In this document: piece after piece, positions 27,171 through 41,011 of the stretch
Position numbering within the stretch: the stretch's first letter is position 1
Layout of the letters: every line of letters starts with the position of its first letter
DNA from: Eledone cirrhosa
Lineage: Eukaryota
Length of the DNA stretch: 64,000 bases
Assembly (NCBI GenBank): GCA_964016885.1
Contig: OZ024743.1
Location: 351,478,001 to 351,542,000 of the forward strand
Direction: 5' to 3'
The notes under the pieces: generated by a model
What the model was told of the DNA's origin: nothing
The model's database searches: none
What the model saw: only the letters and a program-made list of their open reading frames with translations
Position numbers and translations under genes: made by a program

Positions 27171-27240
27171 TGTCTGATGATGTCACGACACTCGCACACA
27201 GAACAGTGTGGCCAGTGTCGTCATTGAAATATATATCACA
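27171..27240 (+). ncRNA. Type I hammerhead-like motif with extended stem II
   Basis: TGT-CTGATGA-...ACGACAC...GTGTCGT...-GAAA-TATATATC-ACA; a second copy of this repeat (~27010-27250) lies on the minus strand at 63750-64000. Confidence 0.65.
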
Positions 27241-27324
27241 GCATTATTATTAAAGGACTTGAACATCTTAAACTACTTCGCTTTTACTTATTCTATATAT
27301 TCTATATATATAGTCCTTTACCAG

Positions 27325-27548
27325 AAGAAATAATGAGAAATAAAATAGATTGAGGAGACGGACGGGTTGGAATTGGAAAAAATGTCTTTAGATAAAAATA
27401 ACAGGTCTATTCATGTTGACATCTCTTGCAAAACTGTTGGTGCTGGCATTTTGTGTATGATTTGATTTTTAGAAAAGGCGTCTACCTGATATGGAAAAAA
27501 ACGTTTTGTATAAAAAGAGCTATACTTGAGCACGTGCGTAAGCATGAA

Positions 27549-27642
<94 letters not shown>

Positions 27643-27960
27643 TGTATTATTATATACACACACACACTAATTCATGCTTACGCACGTGCTCAAGTATAGC
27701 TCTTTTTACAAAACGTTGTTTTTTTTCCATTTCAGATAGACGCCTGCCATCATCCACTTTTCTAAAAAACAAATCATACACAAAACGCCAGCACCAACAA
27801 TTTTGCAAGAGATGTCAACATGAATGGACCTGTTATTTTTATCTAAAAACATTTTTTCCAATTCCAACCCGCACGTCCCTCAATCTATTTTATTTCTCAT
27901 TCTTTCTTCTGATGAAGGACTAGCGTCCGAAACGTTAAGACCCTCTTCCTGTTTCTGTTT
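27325..27960 (+). mobile_element. PLE 3' end/pLTR in fold-back arrangement around (TG)n, with hammerhead-like core at 27909-27934
   Basis: Arms 27325-27555 and 27661-27905 are inverted; CTGATGA-A-GGAC(TAGC)GTCC-GAAAC; the same family recurs at 58663-58805. Confidence 0.7.
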
Positions 27961-27973
27961 ACCCTTTAGATAC

Positions 27974-28055
<82 letters not shown>

Positions 28056-30053
28056 ATTACACACACACACACACATATAAATGCGTAGCTATATACATAG
28101 GTATGTGTGTATATATGTATGTATGTATGTAGATTTATGTATGTATGTATATATAAATCTACATACATACATATATTCATACATACCTATGTATATAGCT
28201 ATGCATTTATACATTTGTATATATACATGCATTTATATTTAAGTATATAAGGATGTTGACATGATTTATGTTTTTTGGTAAGGAGAGAATTTTGGTCTCC
28301 AGATGTTATTACCTAGGGAGATTAAATACCACAGCTCTGGCTAAAAGCTTACCAGGTTCTCAACCTCATCAAACACCAACGCCGGCCTGTGTGTGTATAT
28401 GTATATGTATGTGTGTATGTATGTATGTATGTATGTATGTATGTATGTACGTATGCATCTGTGTGTATGATTGTATGTATGAATATGTATACACCCACAC
28501 CTTTCATCACCATTGCTTCTTTTTCTTGTCATTTCTGTTGTTCTTGTAACTGTTGTAAAAGTTGGCATTGTCCTTATTTTCATTTTCTTTGATTTCTTTC
28601 TTTTATCTCCCTAGGGATTTCGTTGACAAGCTTCTTTTATTTATTTTCTTCGTTTTCTTCATTCAAATGCATTCACACTGGCTATCTCAGAGACTAAAAA
28701 TGTGGCTTATAAAACTTGCCTACGTAAATAGCCTTCCGGTGTCCCCCTAGTGTCCCCCAAAGCTTCAAACGCCCCCCTCCCAACGTCCCCTTGCTCCAAA
28801 ACGCCCCCTGTAGCTCCGAAACGCCCCTGGGGGGCATATGCCCCGATGAGAACCTTTGCGCCCAAGCGACAAACAATTTTGAACAAATACACATCACCAA
28901 TGAGGAAATACAACAAGCGAAAGTTTTGGTTTAAAAGACCGGACACAGGGTAAGTCTCACCCACCCAGCTAATATAATAAGAAACAAGCTTTTGTTTTCG
29001 GTTAGTTATCGCACGATCGGAACAAAATCGCGGCGAGTCGAACGGGCGAAAGAGCTATGGGTCCAAAGAGCTATGGGTGCCGTCTGGGCACAGAAAAGAT
29101 ACATAGCCCAGGGATCGAGGTATGGCACTGTGGATGTGTTCTTCGTTACACCAGAAGAAGCCAAAGCACACTCCATTGCGCCACTCCGCAGCGTCGAAAT
29201 CATAATAATGCCCACATACTGCGGCCAGAGAATCGTGAGGGTTCGAGTGGCCCAAGTTCCGCCCTCAGTGGAGATGGCGTGGTTGACGGCGGCCGTCCTC
29301 GCTGACGTTGAGGATTCAACAACTATACTCAACGGCATGCGAATAAGACAGGAGAATTGGACAGGGTCGGGGATGGCGCTAATCATTCAAGCAGACCATG
29401 AGAGCATCGAGGCCATCCCCGATGTAATAGAGCTGGACGATGGCAGCCATCTACCCGTAACTGTCGAAGGTAGGCGCCCAAGGTGTCTTGATGCGGTGAC
29501 AAAACGCACCTTGAGGCATTCTGCCCCAAACTCACCAAAATGGGCACGCACCCACCCCTTCTCCCCACGCCGTGCCCCGCGACTGGAGCGGACAAACAAA
29601 CCAAGACCACAGTGGCAGAAGAGAAATCACCATCCCCAACAACAAAAGCACCATCCCTTCCACCACCCACATAACTAATGGAAAGCATGCCCCTTCCTGA
29701 TATAGCTAAATCGGAAAAGGAGTGCGATGAGGCCGAAGAATGGAGAACTATCCCAACAAAAAGTAAAGAGGTAGAAAGTACCCCAAAAAAAGAAAATGAA
29801 AACTACCCCATCTCCTCCACCACCATCAACAGCCACACCCCCACAACCACCACCACCAACACCACCGCCACCCTTAGCATCCACCCCATCGTCACCTCCA
29901 ACACCACAGCAAAACCCAGAAAGCACCAACACCCCAACAGCAGACTCAATACACAGCCATAGACACAGACAACACAAGGCTTTTAAATTACATTCAACAC
30001 CACACCAACATCACAGAAACAAACTACGTACAAACCACCAAAATTGCACCTTC

Positions 30054-30393
30054 TCAATACGTCTGCAGTACCAGTTTTTTGCACCTCGTGCAGAGAGGGT
30101 AAACCAGGAATCATTCGCAAATATTGTTCTGTTCCTTTCTTGATCATTCTCAGTCCTCCCACAATCACTGGTATTGTAACGGCCTTGAGGTGCCACATTT
30201 TCTCAATTTCAATAAGCAGATCTTTATATTTTCGTAGCTTTACAAATTCTTTTCCTGCGATATTGTGATCACATGGGATGCTCATATCTATCAATAAACA
30301 GACATTGTTATGTTGATCTTTTACAATGATGTCAGGTCTATTTGCTTTTATGGTCCTGTCAGTATGTACAGGAAAGTCCCAGAGAATTGTTAC
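30054..30393 (-). mobile_element. 3' fragment of R4/Dong-like restriction-endonuclease LINE nested in Tx1 ORF1
   Basis: WDFPVHTDRTIKANRPDII...LIDMSIP...KLRKYKDL.IEIEKMW...IPVIVG; homologous to 35196-35560. Confidence 0.85.
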
Positions 30394-30831
30394 TTATTAT
30401 TATTATTATCACCAAAAACACCAACAACGCAAACAAAACAAAACACACACCAAACAGCAACAAGAAGAAAACAGCAACAAAATCACCCCTCCCCACAAAA
30501 AGTACACAGCCATAAACATGGCAAAAAAAAGAACTCATACAATATATAAAGCAGCACACAGATATCACAGAAAAAACTACTACACCCCACCAACACCAAG
30601 AACTCTCCCGACAAACATAAGCATCATTGAAATCTCAATAGAACAGTACAAACTTTTAAAACAAAAATTCCCCAACGCAGTTGGAGACTTCAGAGAGTCC
30701 GTTACCAAGAGGATATACACTGACATCCTCTTGGAAACACCCATAACCAGCCAAAGGGACGGTTCTACTGTCCCTTCACCACACTATCAAGGTAAGTGAC
30801 CCTTTCTCACTTGCCCCATTTCTCATCCAAC

Positions 30832-33800
30832 ATGGCCGTACTCAGAATAGGCAGTATAAATGCACGTGGCCTGGGGTCATCTTGGAAGCAGGGTCACCTG
30901 CTCAACGACCTCAGGCACTAAACATAGATGTGGTGGCCATCAGCGAGACCAGAATCTCCGAAGCACGAGCCTTCGCACCGATCTTCGGCGGCTACGATGT
31001 ATACGCATCTCCCAGCCGTCCAGGATCGGGGGTAGGGGTTGCCGTCCTTTTTCGGAGAGGATTGGATCTCGCCATACGGGCCATCTTCCTAGACCCAGAA
31101 GGTAAGTCGGTGGTGCTGGACGTCACCGGCAGCGAAGGCAATGCTTTCAGGTTAGAAGCCGTCTACGCCCCAACAGGGACAGGACGGCCAGATTTCTTCA
31201 GGCGTCTAGAAACCTTTCTTGGAACGTCCCGCTCTTTAGTGTTAGTGAGCGACTGGAACGGTATCTTGGATGCACGCTGGGATTGTGTGGGTCTAGTGGA
31301 TAGGCGAGGAGGGTGCAAGAGCCTCACCAACCTGCTCAGACGTTTTGAACTGTCTGACAGGTATCGACTGGATCACCCGAATGTGCCAATGTGGACATGG
31401 ACAAACCGTATCGGGTCATCCAGATCGTATCTCGATAGGGTATTCTGCAGAGAACTAGATAAGGCTAGTATAAGTTGTCCACAATTTAAAATAGTCGACT
31501 ACACAGACCACAAATTTGTGATCTGTGAGATCGACATAGAAAGACTTCATAGACAAGGGCCCGGTTACTGGAAGCTGAACGCGTCTTTCCCGGCGCGCAA
31601 AGCCTACAGAGACCGGATTAGCGTATTGGTTAAGCGGGCGTTGACGGGAGCGGTCGTCAACAACAGCTGGTGGTTCGCCCTGAAAAGAGAAATTAAAGTA
31701 GAGTCGATTAGGTTTAGCAAAGGACTAGTGATAGAGGAAAATAGAGTAGAGGGAGAGCTAGTCAGAAAGCTAGAAGAGGCGTTTAGTACAGGCATCGCAA
31801 CCGACGTGCTTGCGGCGAGATTGGCACTCGACCAATTCTTCAACGCAAAACACGAAGGCTGCGTTGTCAGAGCTAGAGCGCGTGCTCTGAAACACGAGGG
31901 GACAAAACCCGTCCAATGGGCCCGAGTGGCAGAGGCGCGACGTGGCAACAAAGCGACAATTCGGTGCGTGTGGCTCGAAGCCGAGCAGATGTGTGAAGCT
32001 TTTCAGCAGCACTTTGCTGAACTATTCTGGAGCAGTGGCGGGCCTGATCGGGGCATGGACTTCAGTGCATACTTCGACGGACTGCCTCGGCTCTCGACGA
32101 CCGCAGCACAGTGTTGCGAAAAGCCAATAACAGCCGGTGAAATACGGGAAGCGATGGCTAACTGCACGAGGGGTAAATCGCCAGGTTTGGATGGTCTGCT
32201 CTACGAGCTTTATGCATTTATGCCAGACTTGTTCGGTGACCTCTTGGCAGACGTATACTGCAACTGGCAGCAGAACGGGAGCATTCCCAGTTTTGTGAGC
32301 CGGGGAGCGGTGGCGCTGCTGAGAAAAGACCCAAACAAGGGGTATGTTATCGATAATTTCAGCCCCATAACCCTGCTAAACGCAGAGTTCGAGACTTTGG
32401 CCAATTTGTTAGCAACGAGGTTGGCGCTTGTCGTCAAGGGTCTGGTGGGAGAGGCGCAGACATGCGCCATTCCGGACAGATCCATACACGACAACCTCCA
32501 CCTCATGCGATACATCATAGAGAGGGTGGTTAAGGAACCTAGCACGGGTAGGGCGCTGATCAACTTGGATCAATCTAAAGCATTCGATAGGGTCGACCAT
32601 CGGTACCTGGCGGCGGTCCTCGAGTCAGCCGGTTTCGGGCCCGTTTTCAGGGGTTGGATCGCTGCAATGTACAGCGACATCTGCTCAGTTGTGAGGGTGA
32701 ACGGTCACCTGTCGCAGCCGTTCAGCATCATGCGCTCGGTCCGCCAGGGTTGTCCCCTCTCGTCCCTCTTGTACGTATTGGCTCTCGAGCCGTTACTGCA
32801 CAAACTGGGGGCGACGAGGGGCGTCCCACACGAACTAGGATGCCGACGACTTCACCGTGGTGCTGTCGAGCACCAGACACATCCACATGCTTGGCACCGC
32901 TCTCAAGGAATACGAAGCGGTGACAGGAGCAAAGATAAACCAGGAAAAGTCGGTAGGCTTGCAGCTCGGCACCTGGAGAAGAAAGTCCATGCCGTCCGAC
33001 AGCGTTGTGGGGCGTTGGACGGATGGACCGATTAAATTGCTCGGGGTCTGGTTCGGACCGGACCTCCAGATGGAGAAAAACTGGAGCGAGGTGACGAGCA
33101 AGGTGGCCTCCCTCACCCAGAAATGGGCCGCTAGGAAGCTGTCCCTGAAAGGCCGGGCGGAGGTGACGAATTTCGTACATCGCATCCGTCATCTGCTACC
33201 GCCTCACCGTCGTCCCTTGCTCCAGCCCAACTCTCACCAAAATGGAGCGCCTCCTCTTCCGCTTTTTGTGGAAGGGACGCGCTCCCATGGTCAGACGATC
33301 CATCTGCTGTCAACACCCGTTGCGCTCACTGCCCTCTGCCAGCTGGGTACCAGTATCGGTGGAACATCCACCTCGGCGTTCTATAGAGGACTAGTGGAGG
33401 GGGAAGAGCGACGACGTTCTCTGAGAGATCCTGGAAGAAGATCAGCTGTTTGCTCTCTTCCGGAGAACTTTCAGCCCAGGGCCTATGGTTAACTTCCAAA
33501 AATCCCTGGCCTGGCAGTGCTACCGGGGAGCGTTGCCGGTTCGAGATAAGCTCTACAGGCACGGAAGTGCCGTCAGCCGAGCCTGTCCGAGATGCACGCA
33601 GAGCGACGAAACCGTCGTGCACGCACTCGTTCAGTGTCCGAACATTGCTGACTTGTAGAGCTATGTCGAACAGTTGCTGTTGCTTGTAGGACTGATCCGG
33701 TTATCGACTGAGTCAATTGTGCAGATAGTCTCGCCGTCTTCCTTCGAAGAGGCAGGGCAGGCGGTTTTCATCTGCCTGGTGGCCATGGCGAAAGAGATTG

Positions 33801-34003
33801 TGTGGTGGACAAGGTTGAAAGGGTTAAAGACAGATACTTTCCTCTTCGGCGAATCCCTGATTAACTTTTTCAAGTTTCACTTGAAGAGGAAAATCAGGGT
33901 GGAGAGGCAAGTGCTGCCTTCTAGCAAGTTTGTTGAAAGGTGGGTGAATGTAGCGAGAATGGTCCGAGTGAACGGGACCACTCTGAATATACGCCGCCTA
34001 TAG
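30832..34003 (+). pseudogene. Tx1/L1 ORF2 (APE endonuclease + reverse transcriptase), several frameshifts
   Basis: MAVLRIGSINARGL at 30832; ISET, VYAP, SYLDR, YTDH, YWKLN, KSPGLDG, PITLLN, DQSKAFDRVDH, RQGCPLS; ADD motif shifted out of frame near 32840. Confidence 0.92.
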
Positions 34004-34827
34004 TTTCAGAAATGGAAAAATTGAGAGAGGGCGCTTGCTCTGGTGGTCGGGGTGGCCATGGTCTTTTGTGTGGTTTTCGCCACGAGTAACCCTCGGAGGT
34101 TTCCCTCCTATTGGGGAATTTTTCATTGTTTCAATTTCCGTTTTTATTGTTTTTATTCTTTACACGAACAAAACCCACATCGTACCGTCTTGTACCGTCC
34201 TATACCGTCTGTAATGTTTTTCTTGATGCCAGCCCTGTTATTATTAGTCGAACACCTGCTGTCGCGTGTAGGACGGATCCGGCTATCATCTGAGTCCATC
34301 GTGAGGATTGCCCCGCCCTCTTCCTTTAGCCGGGAAGAGCAGGCAGTTTTTATCTGTCTGGTGGCCATGGCGAAATAGATAGTATGGTGGACACGTTTGA
34401 AAGGGCTGAAGACGAGCACTTACCTCTTCGGTGATGCCGATTGACTTTTTCAAATTTCATTCGAAAAGGAAAATCAGAGTAGAGAGGGAAGTGCTCTCTT
34501 CCCAGCATTTTGTTGAAAGATGGGTGAGAGAAGCAAGAATGGCCCGAGTGAATGGGCCTACTCTGAGTACGTATCTGTAAATTAAAGGTGGAAAACTGGG
34601 AGAGGGCACTTGCCTTGGTGGTCAGGGTCACTGTGGCCTTTTACTGGGCTTTCTCCACAAATGTCCCTCCGAAGTCTCCCCCCTATTGGGGAATTTTTCA
34701 TTGTTATTTTTGTTACATCCTCTGTTTTTGTTTTTTACACGCAGAAATGCCCATTTGTACCGTCCTGTATTGTCCTGCACTGTCCTTAATGTCTACTTTA
34801 TGTAAACCCTTGTGGTTAATAAAGAAA

Positions 34828-34866
<39 letters not shown>

Positions 34867-35068
34867 GGGCGGTGGATTGGCAGTATCGGTAGAGGGTCGG
34901 ACGCCATGCTTTCCAGCATAGTTACGTCCCTTTACGATCTGAGTTCAAATACCGCCGAGGTTGACTTTTCCTTTCATCCTTACGGGGTCGATAAAATAAA
35001 GTACCGGTAATGCACTGGATAATTGCTGGCCTTGTGCCTAACGTAGAAACAATTATTATTATTATTAT
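34867..35068 (+). mobile_element. tRNA-derived SINE (family A), full length
   Basis: A box TGGCAGTATCGG, B box GAGTTCAAATAC, core CCTTTCATCCTTACGGGGTCGATAAAA, (ATT)n tail; about ten copies in window. Confidence 0.92.
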
Positions 35069-35195
35069 TACAGTTGCATTTATCTTGCTTTATGTTCATA
35101 CGAGTTATCACCAAGTCACAACCAGTGACCTCAAGAGACAACAAGGTCCGCCATGTTCAAGAAAGAACATACAGGTGTTTAGACTTGTGATGTAC

Positions 35196-38090
35196 TTATA
35201 TTGACAGAATCTTCCTTAGTATATGGGCAGTTCCCATTAGTACTATCTTTTGCATTTCTCCTATACGCGGGTTTCCTGGGATTTGCGATAAGTAATCATT
35301 AAACCCCTTAGGTATCATTCCTAGAGCGCCTACAACCACTGGTATTGTTTTAGTTCTCAATTTCCACATTTTTCCAATTTCTATCTCCAGGTCCTTATAC
35401 TTGCTCAATTTTTCAAATGTTTTTATAGATACATTCTTGTCTATTCGAACGGACATATCAATTAGCAGGCTTACCCTCTTTTAAAGTCCTTCAGTATTAT
35501 ATCAGGTCTATTTGCATCTATTTTTCGGTCTGTTTGGATGCTAAAGTTCCACAAGATTGAGATGTGATCTTTTTCAAGTATGGGAGGTGGTTGATGCTCC
35601 CACCAATTCTTTTGATGTGGCAGGACAAAATGCTTACACATTATCCAATGTATGTATTTTGCAACTCTGTCATGCCTGTTTAGGTATTCGGTTGGAGCTA
35701 TAGGACTGCACATTGAAATTATATGATCAATGGTATCTGGTTGTTTTTTACATACACGGCATAATGGGTTGCATCCATTTTTTATTATGTTGGCTTGATA
35801 ATTTTTTGTTGGCAGACACTGATCTTGTGCTGATATAATCAGTCCTTCAGTCTCCGATTTTAGTCCAGAGGATGCCAACCACTGATGGATTAAAGTTTTG
35901 TCAACATCAGGATTGTTAGCTCTTTCTGGGTATTTTCCATACAGAGGTTTTTCTTGCCATTTCTTAGCCAGTTTCTGTAGCAGTTCTTTCTTTGCAGTTA
36001 CTTTTACCTGCTTTGCTTTTTCTGTGTTTTTCATTTCAGCAGTAAATGGAACTTCTGAAATTTGTAGTCTGTATCTGTGTGCATCTTTTGTAATGGAGTA
36101 TGATCTTTTGATGCTTTCATGTTTCAAAACGAGTTTGATCATCCAATTATGTGATTCCCTTAGATATGTAGATAATCCAATTGTTGCAGTTTTCAACGCA
36201 ATATCTAACTGGATTAACCCACGTCCTCCTTCTTTCCTAGGGAGATATATTCTATCTATATCTGCCTTAGGGTGATGCATTCTGTGCATGGTTAAGAATT
36301 TTCTAATTTTTGTATCGAGCCTACGGATCTCTGTGCTTGACCAGTTGATGACATTGTTACTGTAGGTTACTACTGGTATGGCAAGCGTGTTTATGGCATC
36401 GATCCTATTCCTTGCATTCAATTCCGTTCTTAAGATTGCTCTTACTCTGCGGTAACATTCCTTCCTTATCCTTTCCCTCATTATCGAGTGCTTGATTCCG
36501 TCTCCTTCACAAACGCCTAGATATTTGTAAGTTTTTTCTTGATCAAGTTCTCTTATCACATTCCCCCGATCAAGATTAATGTCTGAACTTTTCAGCAGCT
36601 TTTCTCTGGTGAACGTTGCTTTGGCGCATTTATCTAGTCCAAACTCCATTTTAATGTCATCACTGAACTGCTTCACAGTGGATAATAGCCCTTGCAATTG
36701 TTCATCATATTTTGCAAATAGTTTCAGGTCATCCATGTAGAACAAGTGATTAATGGTTTTGTCATAGACAAGTGATTAATGGTTTTGTTTCATTGAGCAT
36801 TTTACTTAATGGTATAAGTGCGATGCAAAATAAAAGCGGTGATAAAGAGTCACCCTGAAAACTTCCACAATTAATATTAACTTCTCCAGCTTCCAGTGAT
36901 TTTTTTCCACTATTCAAAAGGAGTGTCGTTTTCCATGTCTTCATATCTGAATGACAGGAACCTCCTGACAACGGGAGATATTTTGAAAATCTCTAAACAT
37001 TTTTCAATCCAACTGTGTGGCAAACTATCGAATGCTTTTTTATAATCTATCCAAGCAATTGATAGATTTTTGTGTCTATTATGACAGTCTTCCAGTATCA
37101 TTTTGTTAACCAAAAGCTTATCTTTACAGCCATGAGCCTCGTTTACACCCTTTCTGCTAATTGGGAAATAGATCATTTGTTATCAGGTGGTCATATGTAT
37201 ATTCAGTTAGGACTGATCTTAAAATGTTATACATTGTGGTCAAGCAAGTTATCGGTCTGTAATTTTTGGGATTGTTTGTCTCATCATTCTTTGGAAGTAG
37301 GAATGTAATGCCGGTGGTATCTTTTCTGGCTCCTTAACTATTTCATTGTAAAGTTGGGCTAACAGCTCATGAGGCTCTGTGAAGGCATTTATCCAAAAAA
37401 TTTTGTATTTTGTCTTTTCCTGGGGATTTCCATTTGCTGGTTTTTCTAAGAGCCAAACGCAACTGTTCAACTGTTATATTTTCCCAAGTTTGTTCCTCAA
37501 GGTGAGCTGTATCTTTCATTTGTCTGTCTATCCATGGGGCATGTATATTATGAACTTTTTCTTCGGCCAAGATCTTTTCCCAGAATTCTTGTACTTCCTC
37601 CTTGGGTGGTATTGATTTAGCAGTTATTGTTGACTTGCCAATTTTTCTGTAGAAGTTTCTTTGGTTGTTTTTGAACATATTATTGTCCTTATAGAATCTA
37701 GATCGTTTTTCAAAGCGCCTTATACGAGCAGCTTTAGCCGACACTTTTTGCTTGATTATTTCTATCAGCATGTCTATGTCATTTGTTGATTTTATACTGT
37801 ATTTTCTTTTCAATTTTCTAAGTTTAGTTTAACATGTTCACCTACTTTGTAGTTTGTTAAAATTTCTATGTCAGATCGGAGAAGGTTTATTTGGCGATTG
37901 ATGTTCTCTTGCCAAGTAGGTTTCTTGTGGGAATTCCTTTGTTTTTTCATTTTCCCTCAACATAAGTGAGTGGTGACTTTAGCCGATGCATAATAGAGAT
38001 GATTTAGATCAGTAATGTTTAGTTTGTTTGTGATGATATGGTTTTTGAGAATTATGTTAGTCTTGTGTATTATCTTTTGGTTCTGTAACT
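35196..38090 (-). mobile_element. R4/Dong-like non-LTR retrotransposon (RT + CCHC finger + PD-(D/E)xK endonuclease), frameshifted
   Basis: WIDYKKAFDS, FQGDSLSPLLF, YMDDLK, YKYLG, CRVCKKQPDTIDHIISMC, RHDRVA, NRPDII, KYKDLEIEI. Confidence 0.92.
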
Positions 38091-38873
38091 TCAGATGCCA
38101 AAATAAACTATAGAGGGTTGTCTCTTAACAATAGCCCTTAATACGAAGAGATGGGTTGTTTATGTATTGAACGCCTTTGATCATACGTCTGCCAGATTAC
38201 GAATCATCAACACATCATACCCAATACCTTATATGCGCAAATCTCACGATAATAGCACACCCACTCTGATCTCGTTCCATCATTTCAGACAAAGCATAAA
38301 TTGGATTAATATATCATCTATAAATATGAACTTCAATTTGAATAATTTGAAACTTACCAACGTTAAGAACTGATTTCAACGAATTATCTGCCTGACTGAA
38401 GCATATATTTAACAAACCAACAACATTGTCTTCGGACCGAGGCGGAAAATGTTTTTTTGCTATCGTATGCAGATAGCTCTCTTATTTATTACTGTACAAC
38501 GTATATTCTAGTTTTTCTACATATATTATATGTATCGTACATCTTTCTGAAAGCAGATTATTCTCATTATTCGATTAACATTTAATATTTAATATGTTAC
38601 CTTCTGTTGATATGTAACGGGCCTGCTGTCGCCATTTTTTTATTGTCATTGATTGTATTTTAATTGTAACATGTGACCCATTTTAATTTATTTTAAAATA
38701 GAAAATAATAGAAAATAAGCACTAATTACTCCATTTAACTTACATCCTATACAACATGCCACCTGAAAAGAGTTCTTCATGTAATTAAAATATTTTGTTA
38801 AAGGCAACATGTTTTTAGCATATATTTTCAAATTAACACAAGAAAAAGGTATCATGTTCCACATCATAGTCCA

Positions 38874-38954
<81 letters not shown>

Positions 38955-39211
38955 GTGAGGTTTTTTTTACAAAATGAAAAATAACCGAGGTGTCCTACAC
39001 GAGTGGAAGTATAAAGAAAAAGGGATGAAATCGAAAATGCAACTGAAGTCTTATTTTTTTTTTAAATATATATATTTATTTGGCAGACCCTCCATCTCAA
39101 CTCACCTTTTGAAAAGCAGAAGAACTGCGAAACCGGTAAAGGAACCAAATAAATATATATATTTTTAAAAAAAATAAGACTTCAGTTGCATTTTCGATTT
39201 CATCCCTTTTT

Positions 39212-39346
<135 letters not shown>

Positions 39347-39692
39347 TGCGTGTGTGTGTGTGTGTGTGTTTTTTTTGGGGGGTGTATATATACGAATATA
39401 AATGTTTTGAATACTATGGCTGGTTAATGCCCAACTTAGTATATAAATTAACTATCAACATAATCTCTAACAACATGCAAATAATTACGCTTATTTCAGT
39501 GATACTACTGTAAGTTATATAAGCTCATTAGTTACGTTTTTCCTTATGATTGTTGAGATAAAACATATATTCTGATGAGCACCTGAAAGTGTTATACATA
39601 TATCTAGAGAAAAGAGAGGTAACTGAGACTGGGCAAATATGATACTAATAAGACTTTGATTTTGCATCCCTGTCTTTGTGTTGTCATTTCTT

Positions 39693-39747
<55 letters not shown>

Positions 39748-40579
39748 ATAATAATACAATAACAGAGATAGTTTAAAGCTAATCTCTGACTGGTAACCAT
39801 CTCACTCAACAAACATTAGGTTATATTTTAATATAAACCCAATTTAAGTGCTTGGGGTGCTAACAATATGTATTATGTGGAAAAGCCAGTTGTATTATTT
39901 TATGAGATATAAATAAAGTTAAAATATATCTCTCTTTCCAAACAATTGTTTCATTATAAGTTTTCTACAAATTCGGAGAATATTTCCAGTTTATGTAGAA
40001 GCCTAATATACATTCATGTAAGAATATATTTAGGTGGGCGCTTATAAATCATCAGTGGATGCCCATTAAACCTTGATATAAGAAAAACATTTCTTACCAC
40101 GGTTAAAAATCATGTCCGTTAAGTTGCTCCTTCCCGCATCGAATGACCGGCAAATTTGAAATTCCAGCAGTTTTTGACTGGGGAAGTGTTATAGCGTCAC
40201 TAAGCGGGAAGGGGAGACAACTACGATCCACGAAAGGAGGAAAAAAAATAATATACACGCGGGTTAATCAGTTTATTCGAAAACATTATCAATCCAACGT
40301 GTTAAGAACTCAATTGAAAATAAAAAAATAAATATATGCGTGTATAAATTACACACGCATATAGATATTTTCTTAGGCTAAAATCAGAGGTTGTACCTGA
40401 ATAAGAAACCGCATCTCGTAACCGTAGTAAATACGGAAAGTTATGCTTAGAAGGGCAAATGGGAATGTAAATCTCCGTCCGAATTAAGAGTAAAATATAA
40501 AACACACGCGGGTTAATTAGTTATTTCAAAACTAATATCAATTCCTCGTGTAAAGAACTCAATTAATTTAAAAAAATAA

Positions 40580-40607
40580 ATGTATGCATGTAATTATATA
40601 CATAGGC

Positions 40608-40683
<76 letters not shown>

Positions 40684-40710
40684 ATGTATATATATATGTT
40701 TATATGTGTG

Positions 40711-40767
<57 letters not shown>

Positions 40768-40900
40768 ATATATATATGTATATGTGTATGTATATTTGTA
40801 TATATGTGTGTATGTGTATGTATGTGTGTGTATATATATGTATATATATATATATGTATATATATGTATATATATGTATATATATATATATATATATATA
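40580..40900. repeat. (TA)n/(TG)n compound microsatellite
   Basis: Directly visible; similar tracts at 11250, 25920, 27550, 38880, 39220, 45807-46450, 48030, 57160, 62770. Confidence 0.95.
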
Positions 40901-40953
40901 ATATAATGAAATGACAGGAGGCTGGATTTGTGTAAATCCTTGAAAGGTTTATT

Positions 40954-41011
40954 ATACTATGATCATTTCAATGACCGGGTTCCGTATGAATCCGGTGATA
41001 TCATCAGGTAT
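40954..41011 (-). ncRNA. Type I hammerhead ribozyme
   Basis: Minus strand ATAC-CTGATGA-..ACCGGATTC(ATACG)GAACCCGGT..-GAAA-TGATCATA-GTAT. Confidence 0.8.

Larger units (their letters stand above)
28600..34830 (+). mobile_element. Near full-length Tx1/L1-clade non-LTR retrotransposon, frameshifted
   Basis: ORF1-like region (28992..) with a frameshifted CCHC knuckle (C..CGDKTHLEAFC); ORF2 with APE and RT; duplicated 3' module; (ATT)n tail. Confidence 0.9.

Noticed and set aside
34867-34960. tRNA gene
   Set aside because: A/B boxes are present but there is no proper cloverleaf; it is the head of a multi-copy SINE.
39572-39600. CTGATGAGCAC..GAAAGTG hammerhead candidate
   Set aside because: Could not form stems I-III around the core; a similar failure at 53218.
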